From positions 60,874 through 124,873 of the forward strand of contig CAWJKH010000005.1 in assembly GCA_963843515.1 (NCBI GenBank): a stretch of 64,000 bases of DNA, written 5' to 3'. Origin of the DNA: an uncultured Actinomycetota bacterium (GTDB lineage: Bacteria; Actinomycetota; Thermoleophilia; RBG-16-64-13). The position numbers and the translations under genes are program-made. Positions 47,872-60,540 of the stretch are shown here, in pieces. The notes under the pieces are model-generated. The model was given only the letters and a program-made list of their open reading frames with translations, made no database searches and was not told the origin of the DNA. The number at the start of each line of letters is the position of its first letter. Position 1 is the stretch's first letter.

Positions 47872-50527
47872 TCACGCCTCGCCGGTCGGCTCCGCCGCCG
47901 GCGAGGCTTCGTGGCCCCCCGGCCCGCGCCGCGGCCACCAAGCCCAACGGCCGAGGAGCACGGTGATGGCCGGCACCAGGGTGGTCCGTACCACGAAGGT
48001 ATCGAGCAGCACGCCGAATGCCACGGCGAAGCCGATCTGCAGGAGGCCCAACAGACTGGCGCTCATCATGCTGGCGAACGTCCCCGCCATGATGATGCCT
48101 GCGGAGGTGATGATGCCACCCGTACGGGCCAGGGCGTGGCGGGTGCCCACCCGGGTGCCGCTCGTGGCCACCTCTTCTTTCACCCGGCCGATGAGGAAGA
48201 TGTTGTAGTCCATGCCCAGGGCCACGAGCATCACGAACATGAACATGGGGACCCACCACACGATGCCGGCCGTTCCCAGAACGTCCACGAAGAGCAGGCG
48301 CACGACGCCCAGAGTCGCTCCGTACGAGAGCAGGATGGTAAGGATGAGGTAGACAGGCGACACCAGTGCCCGAAGCAGGAGGACGAGCACCACGAAGATC
48401 CCGCCCAGCACGTAGATCATGGCCCGGGTCATGTCTCGGTCGGAGGCTCCTTGCAGGTCGAGGAGCACGGCAGAGTCGCCTTCTACGACAGCGTCGAATC
48501 CGGCCGAGGCGAGAGCGAGCGGATTGACTTGGTGGCGTCGATGGCTTCCGGGCTATAGGGCCCGGCGTCGAGGACCACCTGGAGCCGCGCGGCCGTGCCG
48601 TCGGCCGAGATGTAGGCGTCACGCAGGGCTTTGAGCCCGGCGTTGCTCTGAGATACAGGTCGGGGAGCATGATGGCATCGGGTTTGGCGGCAAAGGCCTG
48701 TTGCAGCGAGGCGAGCCCCTCCTCCAGAAGCCGGAGCTGGTCGAGCGCCTGGCGGGCCACGGCGCCTTTCGAAGCGGTGTCCTGCGCTGCAGCCCGACCT
48801 CAGGCCAGCTTCGCCAACTCCGACGAGCGCCACGGTGGCCTTCTGGTAGCCGGGGTCCTCGACCACCTCAGGGTATCCCTGGGCGAGTTGGACGAGATAT
48901 CCGTAGACACGGTGAGCCCGGCCGCGGCCGCCTGCAGGTCCAGGTCCGACCCGCTATCGGCGGCCAACCCGGTCCGTAGCTGGTCGATACCGTCCGGACC
49001 GCCTCGACCTGCGTGCCCAACTGGGCGGCCACGCTCAGCGTCTTCGGGTCGGGTAGCGACCCGGTGAAGCTCCGTACTGTGGTCACGTGAGGGACGGCCT
49101 GGAGCAGCGTCTGGAGTTTGCTCGATGTTGGCCAGGCCCTGGGGCGTGTCGAAGCGGGCGTCGTCGAGGGCGACCACGTTGAGAGGCTGCATCTGGCCGG
49201 GGCCGAAGTGGGTCGGCCAGAACGTCGAATCCCTGCCTGGTCTCGTCGGTCTTGGGTAGGTCTCCCAGCAGGTCGAAGTCCCGCGCCAGCCCGGACCCGT
49301 AGATGGCCAGGGGCACCAGACACGATCAACGGCACCAGCAGCGCGACTGATGGGCCTGCCGATGACCTTGCCCGCCCAGGCGTGCCACAGGCCGCGCTCG
49401 CCGATGTGCTCGGGTCTCCGCGGCCAGAACGCGAAGTGCCCCAGTATGGTGAGGAGCGCCGGGGTGAAGGTGAGCCCGGCCAGGAGGGCGATGGCCACCC
49501 CGATGGCGATGGTCGGCCCGGTGGTGTTGTAGAGGCCGAGCTCTGCGAACGCCATCATGGCCAGCCCCACGATGACCGTGCCGGCGCTCGAGGCAATAGT
49601 TTCGCCGATGGTGCGCACCGTGGTCTTGACCGCCGGCACTTGGTCCTTGACGTCGGCCATCTCCTCGCGAAAGCGGCTGATGAGAAACAGGCAATAGTCG
49701 GTCCCCGCCCCGAACAGCACCACGATGAGGAACACGTTGGTGTACATGGAGATGGTGAGCGGGCCGGAGCCGAGAAGGGCGACCACCCCCCGGGAGATGA
49801 TATACGCCAGACCGATGGTGACCAGCGGGATGATGGGGCTCACCGGCGACCGGTAGATGATGAGCAGGATGGCCACCACCAGGACGATGGTTATCCAGGT
49901 GGTCGACTCCAGGCTGTTCTGGGAGTCGGTGTTGTAGGCGGCAAGGATGGGGCCGTCGCCAGTGAGGTACACCTTGACCCCGTCGGGAGCCTCCTTCAGG
50001 CGCTCGTGGATGGCGGCGATGGCCTGCTTGGTCGACTCCTCCGTGCCCTCCGCGGTGAAGCGCGTGAGCAGCAGGGCCACCTGTCCGTCGGAGCTGGTGA
50101 GGCTGGCTTTGGTCTGCTCGTCTCCGACGAGGGGCGACCACACCTGGCCGACTGCCGCCGGCTTGTCGGGCCCCGTGAGCCATTCGGTCAAGGCTGCGAC
50201 GAACTGAGTCGCCTGCGCCCCCGGAGTGTTCGCGTCGGTCCCCGGGGCACCGGCCTCCGCCCCCGTCTGCGCGTCCAGACGGTTGCCGTCTCCGGCATCG
50301 ACCACGATCACTGCGCTGGAGGGCGCCACCCGGTCGGGGAAGTACTTCTTGACCACCTCGTTCGCGTCCAGGCTGGGAGCGGAGGCGGGGAGAAAGGCCC
50401 GCTGGTCGCTCACCGCCACGTCGTTGATATTGGGGGCAAGAAGGGTCAGAAGGATGGCCAGCAGGAACCAGCCGCAGATGATGAACCAGCGGAAGCGGAC
50501 AGCGAAGGAGCCGAGGCGGGCGAACAT
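47872..50527 (-). CDS. MMPL-family (RND) transporter, broken by several frameshifts
   Basis: IYRSP..P, FGAGTDYCLFLISRFREE, TIASSAGTV, ALGMDYNIFL.GRVKEE, TGGIITSAG, LLDTFVVRT.LVP spread across ORFs 48800-50527, 49083-49316, 48868-49335, 47861-48760 and 47872-48468. Confidence 0.85.
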
Positions 50528-50552
50528 GGGCTACCGAGACCTCAGCAGCCTC

Positions 50553-51945
50553 TTAAGCGCGGGAGATCTTCTTGCGCCGCTTGTAGGTCTTGGCCAACTC
50601 CAGGAAGATGCCCACGTCGCGGTCGAGGTCGCTGGCGGTGCCGTCGAAGTAGAAGACCCGGATGGGGATGTCGTCGTGCTCTCGGCTCACCCGAGGGTAG
50701 ACAGCTTCGGTGACGATGCCGTTCATACAGGTGAAGGGGCTGATGTCGACGATGCCGTCGGCGCCCTGGTGGTACAGGTAGATCGGCCCCGCCGGTGGAC
50801 AGCACCATCTCGCCCAGCGAGCCCTCGCGGGGAAGATAGGGGTGCCCGTGCTCGAAGATCTCCTGCACGTGGGGGTCGCGGTGTTGCCTGAACACGTCCT
50901 CGAAGTCCTCCATGAGGGCGTTCTCGTCGTTCCGCATGACCCGAGCCGTGAGATAGTTCCTGAGCCAGTCCTTGCTCACCCGGCGCTTCTCTTCCCGCAG
51001 GCGCCGGAAGGCCTCGTCGTTGGTGTACCACACCCACTCGGCCACGCCGGCCAGCCAGCACTCGCCGCCCTGGGCCTCGATGTGCCGGATCACCTCGTTG
51101 TTGGCGAAGGTGTTGAGGCGGCAGAAGATCTCGCCCACCACGCCGATGAGCGGCCGGTCTTCTTGCCTGACCGGGATGTCGAGGAATGCTTTCTTCACCC
51201 GCACCAGCCCGGCCTTGGCGTCGGCCAGGCGCTCCTTGTTGGTGATGCCCTGGCGGCCGATAAGCTCGCCCATGATGTCGCAGGCTCTCCAGGTAGACCT
51301 TGTCGGTCTGGCCGGGCTCCACCTCGTAGGGCCGGGTCATGAGCAGCAGCTTGAGCAGGATGTCCTGGATGACCACCGACCGCCACGCCGTCCGGATGAG
51401 CTCGCCAGCCTGCTCGCCGATGCCGGCGTAGCCGTCGGCCGAGGTGATGGGCAGGATCGACCACGTCCTGCAGACCGTGGTCGTCCAGCACCTGGCGCAG
51501 CAGCCCGAAGTACTGCCCGAAGCGGCAGGGGCCGTTGGCGGTGGGCAGGAGGAAGGCGGTCTTCTTGGGATCGAGCTTCGTGGTCCTCGATGAGGCGCAG
51601 GTAGTCCCCGAGCACGATGCGCTGCGGATAGCACTCGTCGCCCGAGGTGTACTTGCCGCCCAGCTCGAGCGTGCGGGCGTCCTCGTCGGGCAGTCACCCG
51701 GGCGTCGAGCCCGATGGAGCGGAACGCCGCCGCGAGCATGCGCGAGCCGCCGTACGGCATCCGGGTGAGCCAGAGGGTGCGGTCCTTGATGTCCACATCC
51801 TCGCGGACCGGGCTCTTGCCGGCGCCCTGGGCCGCCACGGGCTTGGGAAGCGAGTCAGCGCCTGGCGGGCGGCCTCGGCGCCGGCCTTGCCGTTGCCGTT
51901 CTTGAGCTCGACCCCCGCGCTCTCGATGCCCTCGGTACTCATCAT
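50553..51945 (-). CDS. PlsR-like reductase/dehydratase subunit (2-hydroxyacyl-CoA dehydratase fold), frameshifted
   Basis: Reassembled motifs GGKYTSGDECYP, GPCRFGQY, IGVVGEIFCR, GEMVLS, ISPFTCMNGIVTEA, ending YKRRKKISRA* at 50553. About 460 codons. Confidence 0.72.
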
Positions 51946-54900
51946 CGCTCCCCGACCGGCTGCTTCATCTTGTCCTCGCGCACCCACCAGCGCAGGAAGC
52001 CCTTGCTGTCCAGATAGGCTTCGCAGCGGGTCATGGCGCCGGCGTCGTTGGTGTGCTCGTCGAACTGCAGCACCAGGAACGGCTCGGGCGAGGCCGCGCG
52101 GATGAAGTGCTTCACGTAGCGAGTCGGGACCGCACTTGAAGTTGGTCATGTAGATGATGTGCAGGTTGGGGTGCTCCGCGACGATGCTGCGCCGCCTGCA
52201 GGATCTTGCGCCCGTAGTTCCAGAACATGTTGGGCGTGACGTCGCGGGTGTCGGTGCCCCACAGCGGCAGGAAGTCGAGCGGGATGATGTTCACCCCGTA
52301 GTAGCGCCGCAGCTTGGCCGGGATGTCCATGTTGACGCCGGCGTCGTAGATGTTGTACGGCCGGCCGACCAGGACTATGCCCAGTTCGTCGTGCTCCTCG
52401 CAGGGTGGCGAGAGCAGCGGCCCCGGCCTCGATGAGCCGGGTGCGGAAGTCCGCACTGGGCCTCGTAGGCGTCCTTGACGGCCTGGTCGACCACCCGCGA
52501 AGACACGCCCAGCGGCTTGAGAGCCGCGCGCAGCGGTGTCGCGCACGTACTCGGGGCCGCGCCGGAAGTGGATGATGGGCGCGAGGAACTTGTCCTCGTG
52601 GCCCTCGAACCGGGGCGCCAGCCGGATGACGTGGGGGAGGGTCTGGCCCCACGGGCAGGCGTGCGATTCCAGCTCGGGATGGTCGGTCTCTTCGTTGATC
52701 TGGTTGGGGATGAAGATGCGGTCCACCCCGGCTTCCAGCAGTTCGGCCACGTGCCCGTGGGCCACCCGGATGGGGAAGCAGGGCTCGGCCACCGACGCGT
52801 CGATGCCCATCTCCCGGATCTTCTTGTCGGTCTGCCGGGACAGCACCACGTCGAACCCGCACGACTTGAAGAGGGTGGCCCAGAACGGCAGCCGGTCGTA
52901 CGTGTACATGGCCCGGGGGATGCCGATGGTCGCCCCGTGGCGACGTCGGTGCCGCTGCGCAGGAGGACGGTGTGGTCCTCCGCCTCGGTCACGTAGGAGT
53001 AGCAGAGGGCGTTGCGGAACTCCACCAGGTCGCGGATGACCGGCTCTTTGTCCACTTTGGCGCGCTTGCGGTAGCGGTCGGAGCACTTGTCGCCCCAGTA
53101 GGTCTTCTCGTCGCCGATGGTGAACTGGCGGATGTCGCACTCGTTGGTGCAGCCCTTGCAGGTGAACTCGCGCACGCTGTAGTCCACCTGCTCCAGGTCC
53201 CAGCCGCGGAAGCGGGAGGGCGCCTCGGTGGCCGACATCTTCTCGCGGGCCAGCAGGGCCGCCCCGATGGCGCCCACCACCCCGTTGTACGGCGGGACGA
53301 TGATGTCCTTGCCCAGGATCATGCTGAAGGCCGCCGCCACCGAGTCGTTGTAGGCGGTGCCGCCCTGGAAGTAGATGGTGTCGCCGATGTGGCGCTGGCC
53401 CACCAGGCGGTTGAGGTAGTTGTAGGCGATGGAGTAGGCCAGCCCGGCCACGAGGGCTCTTCTTGTCGGCGCCCCGCTGCAGGTAGGAGTTGACGTCGCG
53501 CTCCATGAACACCGTGCAGCGCTCGCCCAGGCGCACCGGCGCCTCGGACGACAGCGCCAGTTGCGCGAACTCCCCGATGATGTTGATGCCCAGCTTCTCG
53601 GCCTGCTCCTCCAGGAAGGAGCCGGTGCCGGCGGCGCAGGCCTCGTTCATGGCGAAGTCCACCACGACGCCGTCTTCGAGGCTGATGAACTTGGAGTCCT
53701 GGCCGCCGATCTCGAAGATGGTGTCGGGCACCCGGTCGATGTACTTGCGGCCGATGAAGGTGGCCCCGTCTTGTGGGCGGTGATCTCGTCGTTGACGGTG
53801 TCGGCCCCGATGAGTTCGCCGATGAGCTCCCGGCCCGAGCCGGTGGTGGCCACGCCCGAGGATCTCGAGGCGCTCGCCCATCTCGTTCCAGATCTCGGCC
53901 AGACCCTTGTTGACCACCTCGACCGGGCGGCCGTCGGTCTTGACGTAGATCTCCTTGACCATCTCGCCCTGCTCGTCGAGCAGCACCAGGTTGGTGGAGA
54001 CCGAGCCGATGTCGATGCCCAGGTAGACGCCCACCTTGCCCTCGGCCGGGAACTCGTAGGGCTTCACCCGGTCGCGCAGCAGGATGACGCGCTCCATGGA
54101 GAGGGCGTCGCTGGTCTGGAAGTCGGCCGCGAGGCCCTGTCCCAGACGGTCCAGCGTCGATGGCGACCATCTCCACGCCGGCCTCTTCGTCGGCGGCGGT
54201 GAGCGCGCTGCCGATGGCGCCCATCCAGGCGTAGTAGGCGGGGACGATGAGGTGCTCGGCGTCGGTCTCGAAGGCCTCGCGCATGGCCGCGACGGCGCCG
54301 GTGTTGGCCGCCACGCCGCCGATGAAGGCCACCCGCTCGCCGATGTCCTTGCCCTTGGTGATGGTGCTGCGGTAGTTGCGCACCACCGCGTTGCACAGGC
54401 CCTTGAGCACCTCGGGGGGCTGGTAGCCCTTCTGCTGGGCGTGGATCATGTCCGACTTGGCGAACACCGAGCAGCGCCCGGCGATGGAGGCGGCCTTGCC
54501 GGCGCACTGGACGATGTCGCCCACGTCCTCGATGTCGTAGAGCAGGCGGTTGGCCTGCTGGTCCATGAACGAGCCGGTGCCCGCGGCGCAGTCGCCGTTG
54601 GTGCCGTAGTCGGCGATGCCCACCCGGCCGGTGGCCTGATCGGTCTCCAGCCGGATGAACTTGGAGGTCTCGCCGCCCATCTCGAAGACGGTGGTGACGT
54701 CGGGGTGGAGCGCGCCGATGGCGCGGGCGATGGCCTTGAACTCGTTCTCGTAGGGCACGCCCAGGACGCGGCCCACCAGACGGCCGCCGGTGCCGGTGAC
54801 CCGGACGGCGGTGATGGAGCCCTCGGGCAGGGCCTCGAGCACCTGGGCCAGCAGTTCGCGGGTGGCCTCGGTGGGGCTGCCCTTGATGCGCGGTACGCGG

Positions 54901-55080
54901 TGGCCAGCACCGGGGGCGCGTCGGGGTGCGAGGACATCCGCGACGCCTGCCGTCGCTCTCGGGCGTGTAGAACAAGGACGAGCCTCTCCGGAGGGCCTCG
55001 AACGAATCGCGGTCTTCGGGAGTGCCGACGACCGCGATCTTCACACTGATGCAGCCGATATCGATGCCGAGCGTCGCCAT
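51942..55080 (-). CDS. PlsA/Ger-like protein: two ASKHA (BadF/BadG/BcrA/BcrD) activator domains plus DUF2229 domain, frameshifted
   Basis: GIDIG twice, EMGGETSK / EIGGQDSK, CAAGTGSF twice, RCSVF / RCTVF, CKGCTNEC..GDKC linker, IGIPRAM, CFPIRVAHGHV, GRPYN, TNFKCGPDS, FDEHTNDAG. About 1045 codons. Confidence 0.8.
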
Positions 55081-55311
55081 CGTGTGTGCACATCCTCCGC
55101 ATATAAAGCGGGGGAACCGCCCCGGTCTGGTTCTGGCTGCAGAAGCGCAGCCCGGCGCGGCCTGACCGCTGATTCATCCTGGTTTTTGGGGCTACAAGGC
55201 CCATAGATTACCACGAGGAAGGGCCCCGAGACCGTGGTGTGGAAGGGTCCGGGGCCCGGTCTGCCCCGCGCCGGCCGGGGGGAGCCGGCGCCGGGACGTG
55301 GGGGGAAGGCC

Positions 55312-55654
<343 letters not shown>

Positions 55655-55680
55655 GTCTCCTCCTCAGTTCACACGCTCAG

Positions 55681-57234
55681 TTACAGGTGCGGCGACGCCG
55701 GGTAGGCCGGGACGCCCATCTCGGGGATATCGAGACCTATCATCTCTTCTTCGCGGGTCACCCGGATACCTTGGACCTTCTTCTGGATCCGGAAGAAGAC
55801 GTACATAAGCCGAAGGACCAGGCGACTACCACCACCGCGCGCTATGAGCCTGGGCGCCGAGCTGCCGCCAGCCGCCTCCGTAGAACAGGCCGCGCACGGT
55901 GCCGGCCACTCCGTTGAACCCGGCGCCGTAGCTGCCGTCGGCGAACAGACCCACCGCGATGATGCCCCACAGGCCGTTGAGCCCGTGCACCGAGACCGCG
56001 CCCACCGGGTCGTCCACCTTGAGGTACGCGCTCGACGAAGACGATGCCGCCGACCACCAGGACGCCGGCCACGATGCCGATGATGGCCGCGCCGATGGGC
56101 GTGACGAACGCACACGGCGCGGTGATGGCCACCAGGCCGGCCAGCATGCCGTTGGCAGTCATGGACGGGTCGGGCTTGCCCCAGATCTTCCACACCAGGA
56201 ACATGGCCGCCAGGCAGCCGGTCGCGCGAGGCGATGAAGGTGTTGACGATGACGACGGGGAAGCGCAGGTCGGTGGCGGCCAGGGTGGAGGCGCCGTTGA
56301 AGCCGATCCAGCCGAACACCAGGACGATGACGCCCAGGATGGCCATGGGGATGTTGTGCCCGAGGATGGCCCGCGCCTTTCCGTCCTTGCCGAACTTGCC
56401 TACACGCGGACCGAGGACGATCGCGCCGGCCAGAGCCGCGAAGCCGCCGACCGCGTGCACCACGCTCGGATCCGGCGAAGTCGACCACGCCGTGCCCGAG
56501 ACCGACGTTACGGCCGAGCGCCGAGAGCCAGCCGCCGCCCCACACCCAGTTGCCGTAGATGGGGTAGAGGATCGCCGAGATGAACACGCCGTAGACGGCG
56601 AAGGCCGAGAACTTCCACCGTTCGGCCATGGCGCCGGTGGGGATGGTGGCGGTGGTGTCCATGAAGACGAGTTGGAAGAAGAACATGGCGATGATGGCCA
56701 CGTCGTAGCTGTGGCCGCGAGAGGAAGAAGCCCTGCGTCCCGATGAGGCCCCACCGCCGGTCGAGGCCAGCCTCAAGGCCTGCGTGGCCCCCAGCGTGGC
56801 GAAGGTGCCCGCGCCGCCGAACTGGAAGGCGAAGCCGACGGCCCAGTAGGCCGATGCAGCCGATGGCGAAGATCACGAAGTTGGTCATGATCACGTGCAC
56901 GGCGTTCTTGGAGCGGGAGAAGCCGGTCTCGACCATGGCGAAGCCCACCTGCATGAAGAAGACCAGCGCGCCGCCGAAGATCAGGAAGAAGATGTTGAGC
57001 GAGATCTTGACGTGGCCGAGTTCGGCGGCGACTCACCGGCGGTGGGGCTGCCGGCCGTGGCGGCCAGACGTCGCTGACCGTGCCGGTCGACGCTCCGCTC
57101 GGGTCGTTGCCCAGGGCCAGTCCGGTGATCATCACCACGAGCAGCCCGGCGAGGGCGACGACGATGATCAGCCTCTTGGCCAGGGGCGACCAGGCCCAGG
57201 GGACGGGTTTCCACGTGGGTGGTGGATTCCACAT
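55681..57234 (-). CDS. amt: Ammonium transporter (copy 1, long N-terminus), multiple frameshifts
   Basis: [79 protein letters not shown] across several frames. Confidence 0.88.
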
Positions 57235-57330
57235 GGCTTCTCCTTTCTCGATCGCTGTTACTTGCCCCGGATGGTACGGGCCTGCCGGCCGGCGCACATC
57301 CGCCGCGCGGCGAGAATGTGGGGGCGGGAA

Positions 57331-57446
57331 GTTATACAAAAGGCGTAGACCGTCGGCGAAGCATCCGAAATACTCTGTTGCCTTGGTGGATTTGTTGAAA
57401 CACCACCGCAGGGGCCTTGTACCAATGGCCAAAACGGTGCTATCGT
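57331..57446. promoter_or_regulatory. Divergent amt1/pucR promoter region with a candidate PucR half-site
   Basis: Minus-strand TATAAC at 57336-57331. Plus-strand TGCTATCGT at 57438-57446. Minus-strand CCATTGGTACAA at 57428-57417 resembles the motif upstream of amt2, amt3 and mvhD. Confidence 0.5.
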
Positions 57447-57456
57447 ACGGGCTGCG

Positions 57457-59109
57457 ATGCCAGTGACCGTCGGACAGATACTCCAGCTACCCGTCCTCAA
57501 GGACGCCCGGCTTCTTGCGGGCGAGGACGGTCTGGACCGCAGGGTGACGTCGGTGACGGTGGGCGAGGTCCCCGACATCGCCGACTGGCTGTCCGGCGGA
57601 GAGATGGTGCTGTCGACCATGTTCGCGGTCAAAGGCGACCTCGACCGGCAGCGCGAGTTCTGCCGCCGGGTGATGATGGCCGGCGCCGCGGCTCTGTTCG
57701 TCAAGACCACCCGCTTCGTCGAGAACATGCCGGCCGACATCATCGAACTGGCCAAGAAGCGCAAGTTCCCCATCGTCGAGGTGCCGCAGGGCCTGCGCTG
57801 GACCCGGCTCATGCAGGACGTCACCGAGGTGATCATCAACCGGCAGGCCTCGCAGCTCGAGCAGTCGCAGGCCATCCATCGCAGCCTTCTGGGTGTGGTC
57901 ATCCGCGGAGGCGGCTGGCAGGACCTCGTGGAAGAGGCTTCGCGCCTGCTGGAACGGCCGGTCTTCGTGGTCGATGTCTCGCTGGAGCTGCTCGCGGCCT
58001 CGTCCGGCCTGCCTCTGCCCGCGGCCGAACTTGTAGAGCAACTGGAGCAGCCCGACGTACGCGCCACGTTCGGGTCGCTCGGCATGGCCGAGAAGCTCTT
58101 CCGTGTGGACGAGGAAGGCCTCCCGTCCATGTACGCCCTCCCCATCGTGGCCAGCCACAAGCGCCTGGGCTACCTATGCGCCGTCACCGAGGCGGCCGCG
58201 CCCTCGGCCATGGAGACGCTCGTGCTCGAGCATTCGGCCACCATCGCCGCTCTGGAGATGGCGCAGGACAGGGTGCGGTTCGAGACCGAGGTGCGGCTCA
58301 AGGGCGACTTCGTGGACGACGTCATATCGGGGGGTGAGCACGCCGGCGACTCCTTGCTGCGCCGGGGAGCCTTCCTCGGTTGCGACCTCACCCAGGGATC
58401 GGCCGTCCTGCTTCTGGGCGTGGACGAGTTCGGAGGCACGGTATCTCGCAAGAACCTTGGGCAGGAGGAGCTGGAGTCGGCCATCGAGCGCTTCTTCGCT
58501 CAGGCGTCACGGTACATCTCGGCCAAGGAGCCCTCGTCCCTCGCCAGCCTGAAGTCCGGACAGATCGTGGTCTTCGTCTGCGGCAAGACCGCACGGGATC
58601 GGGAGGCACTACGAAGGTTGGCCGGCGTCATCCAGGAGTTGGGCCGGACTGCCGGGGGGCTGAGCGTGTCGGCGGGCATCAGCGCTTTCGTGACGACACC
58701 GGCGCAGATGGACCGGGGCTACCAGGAGGCGCTCGTGGCTCTCAAGGTGGGCCGCAAGCTCTACGGGCCGGGAACGCTCCTACTTTTCCGCGACGTGGGG
58801 ACCTACCGGCTGCTACTGGGCATCTGGGAGAGGGACCCGGAGCAGATCCGCTCTCTCTACGAAGAGACGATCGGCCCCGTTGACGCGTACGATCAGGCCA
58901 ACGGCACCCAACTGGTGCAGACGCTGTCGGTGTTTTTCAAGCACGACGAGAGCCTCACGAAGACCGCCTCTGAGCTATATGCCCACCGGCATACCATCCG
59001 CTACCGCCTGGAGAAGATCGCCGACATCAGTGGGCTGAGCGTCTTTGAGACCGAGCACAAGGAACGCTTGGGCCTCGGCCTAAAGGCCAAGAGCCTGCTC
59101 GCTTCCTGA
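57457..59109 (+). CDS. PucR/CdaR-family transcriptional regulator
   Basis: N-terminal PucR ligand domain (LLAGEDGLDRRV..V..E, WLSGGE..LST), GGDEF-like middle region, C-terminal HTH TASELYAHRHTIRYRLEKI. Confidence 0.92.
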   Translation: MPVTVGQILQLPVLKDARLLAGEDGLDRRVTSVTVGEVPDIADWLSGGEMVLSTMFAVKGDLDRQREFCRRVMMAGAAALFVKTTRFVENMPADIIELAKKRKFPIVEVPQGLRWTRLMQDVTEVIINRQASQLEQSQAIHRSLLGVVIRGGGWQDLVEEASRLLERPVFVVDVSLELLAASSGLPLPAAELVEQLEQPDVRATFGSLGMAEKLFRVDEEGLPSMYALPIVASHKRLGYLCAVTEAAAPSAMETLVLEHSATIAALEMAQDRVRFETEVRLKGDFVDDVISGGEHAGDSLLRRGAFLGCDLTQGSAVLLLGVDEFGGTVSRKNLGQEELESAIERFFAQASRYISAKEPSSLASLKSGQIVVFVCGKTARDREALRRLAGVIQELGRTAGGLSVSAGISAFVTTPAQMDRGYQEALVALKVGRKLYGPGTLLLFRDVGTYRLLLGIWERDPEQIRSLYEETIGPVDAYDQANGTQLVQTLSVFFKHDESLTKTASELYAHRHTIRYRLEKIADISGLSVFETEHKERLGLGLKAKSLLAS

Positions 59110-59179
59110 TCGCCCCCGACCGCGCGTCCGCGCCCGCCGGGCCGGGCCGGAGGGCTGCCGTCCGCGCCATCCGGCTCTT

Positions 59180-59252
59180 CCACATGTACAAAAGAACCCC
59201 CTCACTCTTGTACATCCGGCGATAAAACCAGCCCCGCCGCTCCGCCTACAAT
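59180..59252 (+). promoter_or_regulatory. amt2 promoter with candidate activator site
   Basis: CCACATGTACAA-N16-TTGTACATCCGG-CGATAA-N21-TACAAT. Confidence 0.65.
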
Positions 59253-59280
59253 CCTGGCAACCGAGCGAAGGGAGCTGGAG

Positions 59281-60519
59281 ATGGCGAACATAGACACCGG
59301 CGACACTGCCTGGATGCTCATCAGTACTGCGTTGGTCATGCTGATGATCCCGGGCCTGGCGTTCTTCTACGGCGGCCTGGTCCGCCGCAAGAACGTCCTG
59401 TCCATCATGGTGCAGTGTTTCGTCCTACTGGGCGTCATCAGCATCCAGTGGGTCCTGTTCGGGTTCAGCCTGGCCTTTGCTCCCGACCACGGGGGCTTCA
59501 TCGGAGGACTGAGCTGGGCCGGGCTCAGTGGCGTCACCACCGAGCCGCTCGCCGACTATGCCCCCACCATCCCGGGCGTGCTGTTCATGCTCTTCCAGAT
59601 GATGTTCGCCGTCATCACGCCGGCACTCATCATCGGCGCCTTTGCCGAGCGCATGAAGTTCAGCGCCTTTCTCATCTTTTCGGTCCTATGGGCCACCATC
59701 ATCTACGACCCCATGGCCCACTGGGTGTGGGGCGTGGGCGGATGGCTCCGCGAGCTGGGCGCCCTCGACTTCGCCGGCGGTACGGTGGTGCACATCAACG
59801 CTGGTGCCGCAGCGCTGGCGGCCGCGTTGGTCATCGGCCGCCGCAAGGGATATCCGGACATCTCTCCGCCCCACAATCTCCCCTTCGCCATCCTGGGCGC
59901 GTCCCTGCTGTGGTTCGGCTGGTTCGGCTTCAACGCCGGTAGCGCGCTTGGTTCAGGTGCTCTGTCGGCCTCGGCCTTCGCGTCGACCCATATGGCGGCG
60001 GGCGCCGCGGCGGTTGCGTGGGCCGGTCTCGACTGGATGCGGACCAGGCGGCCCACTGCTCTGGGTATCATCTCGGGCGCGGTCGCCGGGCTTGTCGCAA
60101 TCACTCCGGCTTCGGGGTTCGTGACCCCACTTGCCGGCATCGCCATCGGGCTCCTGGCGGGTGTCGCCTGCTACGCCTCCGTGATGTTCATGAAGGGCAA
60201 GCTCGGATACGACGACTCCCTCGACGCGTTCGGCGTGCATGGGATAGGAGGCATGCTCGGCGCCCTCTGCACGGGGCTCTGGGCGACTACCGCCATCAAC
60301 CCGGCGGGCGCCAATGGTCTGTTCGAAGGTGGCGGAGGGCGTCTGCTCCTGCTTCAGGTGATCGCGATCATCGCGTCCTTCGGCTACTCGTTCGTACTGT
60401 CCTTTGGGCTGCTCAAGCTGGTGGACAAGGTCGTTGGTCTCCGGGTCACCTCGGACAACGAGAACATCGGTCTCGACCTTACGCAGCACAGTGAATCCGC
60501 CTACACCGTCGTCGGCTAG
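59281..60519 (+). CDS. amtB: Ammonium transporter (copy 2)
   Basis: PGLAFFYGGLVR, FQMMFA, HWVWG, DFAGGTVVH, WFGWFGFNAGS, DDSLDAFGVHG. Twin His intact. Confidence 0.96.
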   Translation: MANIDTGDTAWMLISTALVMLMIPGLAFFYGGLVRRKNVLSIMVQCFVLLGVISIQWVLFGFSLAFAPDHGGFIGGLSWAGLSGVTTEPLADYAPTIPGVLFMLFQMMFAVITPALIIGAFAERMKFSAFLIFSVLWATIIYDPMAHWVWGVGGWLRELGALDFAGGTVVHINAGAAALAAALVIGRRKGYPDISPPHNLPFAILGASLLWFGWFGFNAGSALGSGALSASAFASTHMAAGAAAVAWAGLDWMRTRRPTALGIISGAVAGLVAITPASGFVTPLAGIAIGLLAGVACYASVMFMKGKLGYDDSLDAFGVHGIGGMLGALCTGLWATTAINPAGANGLFEGGGGRLLLLQVIAIIASFGYSFVLSFGLLKLVDKVVGLRVTSDNENIGLDLTQHSESAYTVVG

Positions 60520-60540
60520 CCCTGGGCAAGGAGGCCTGAG

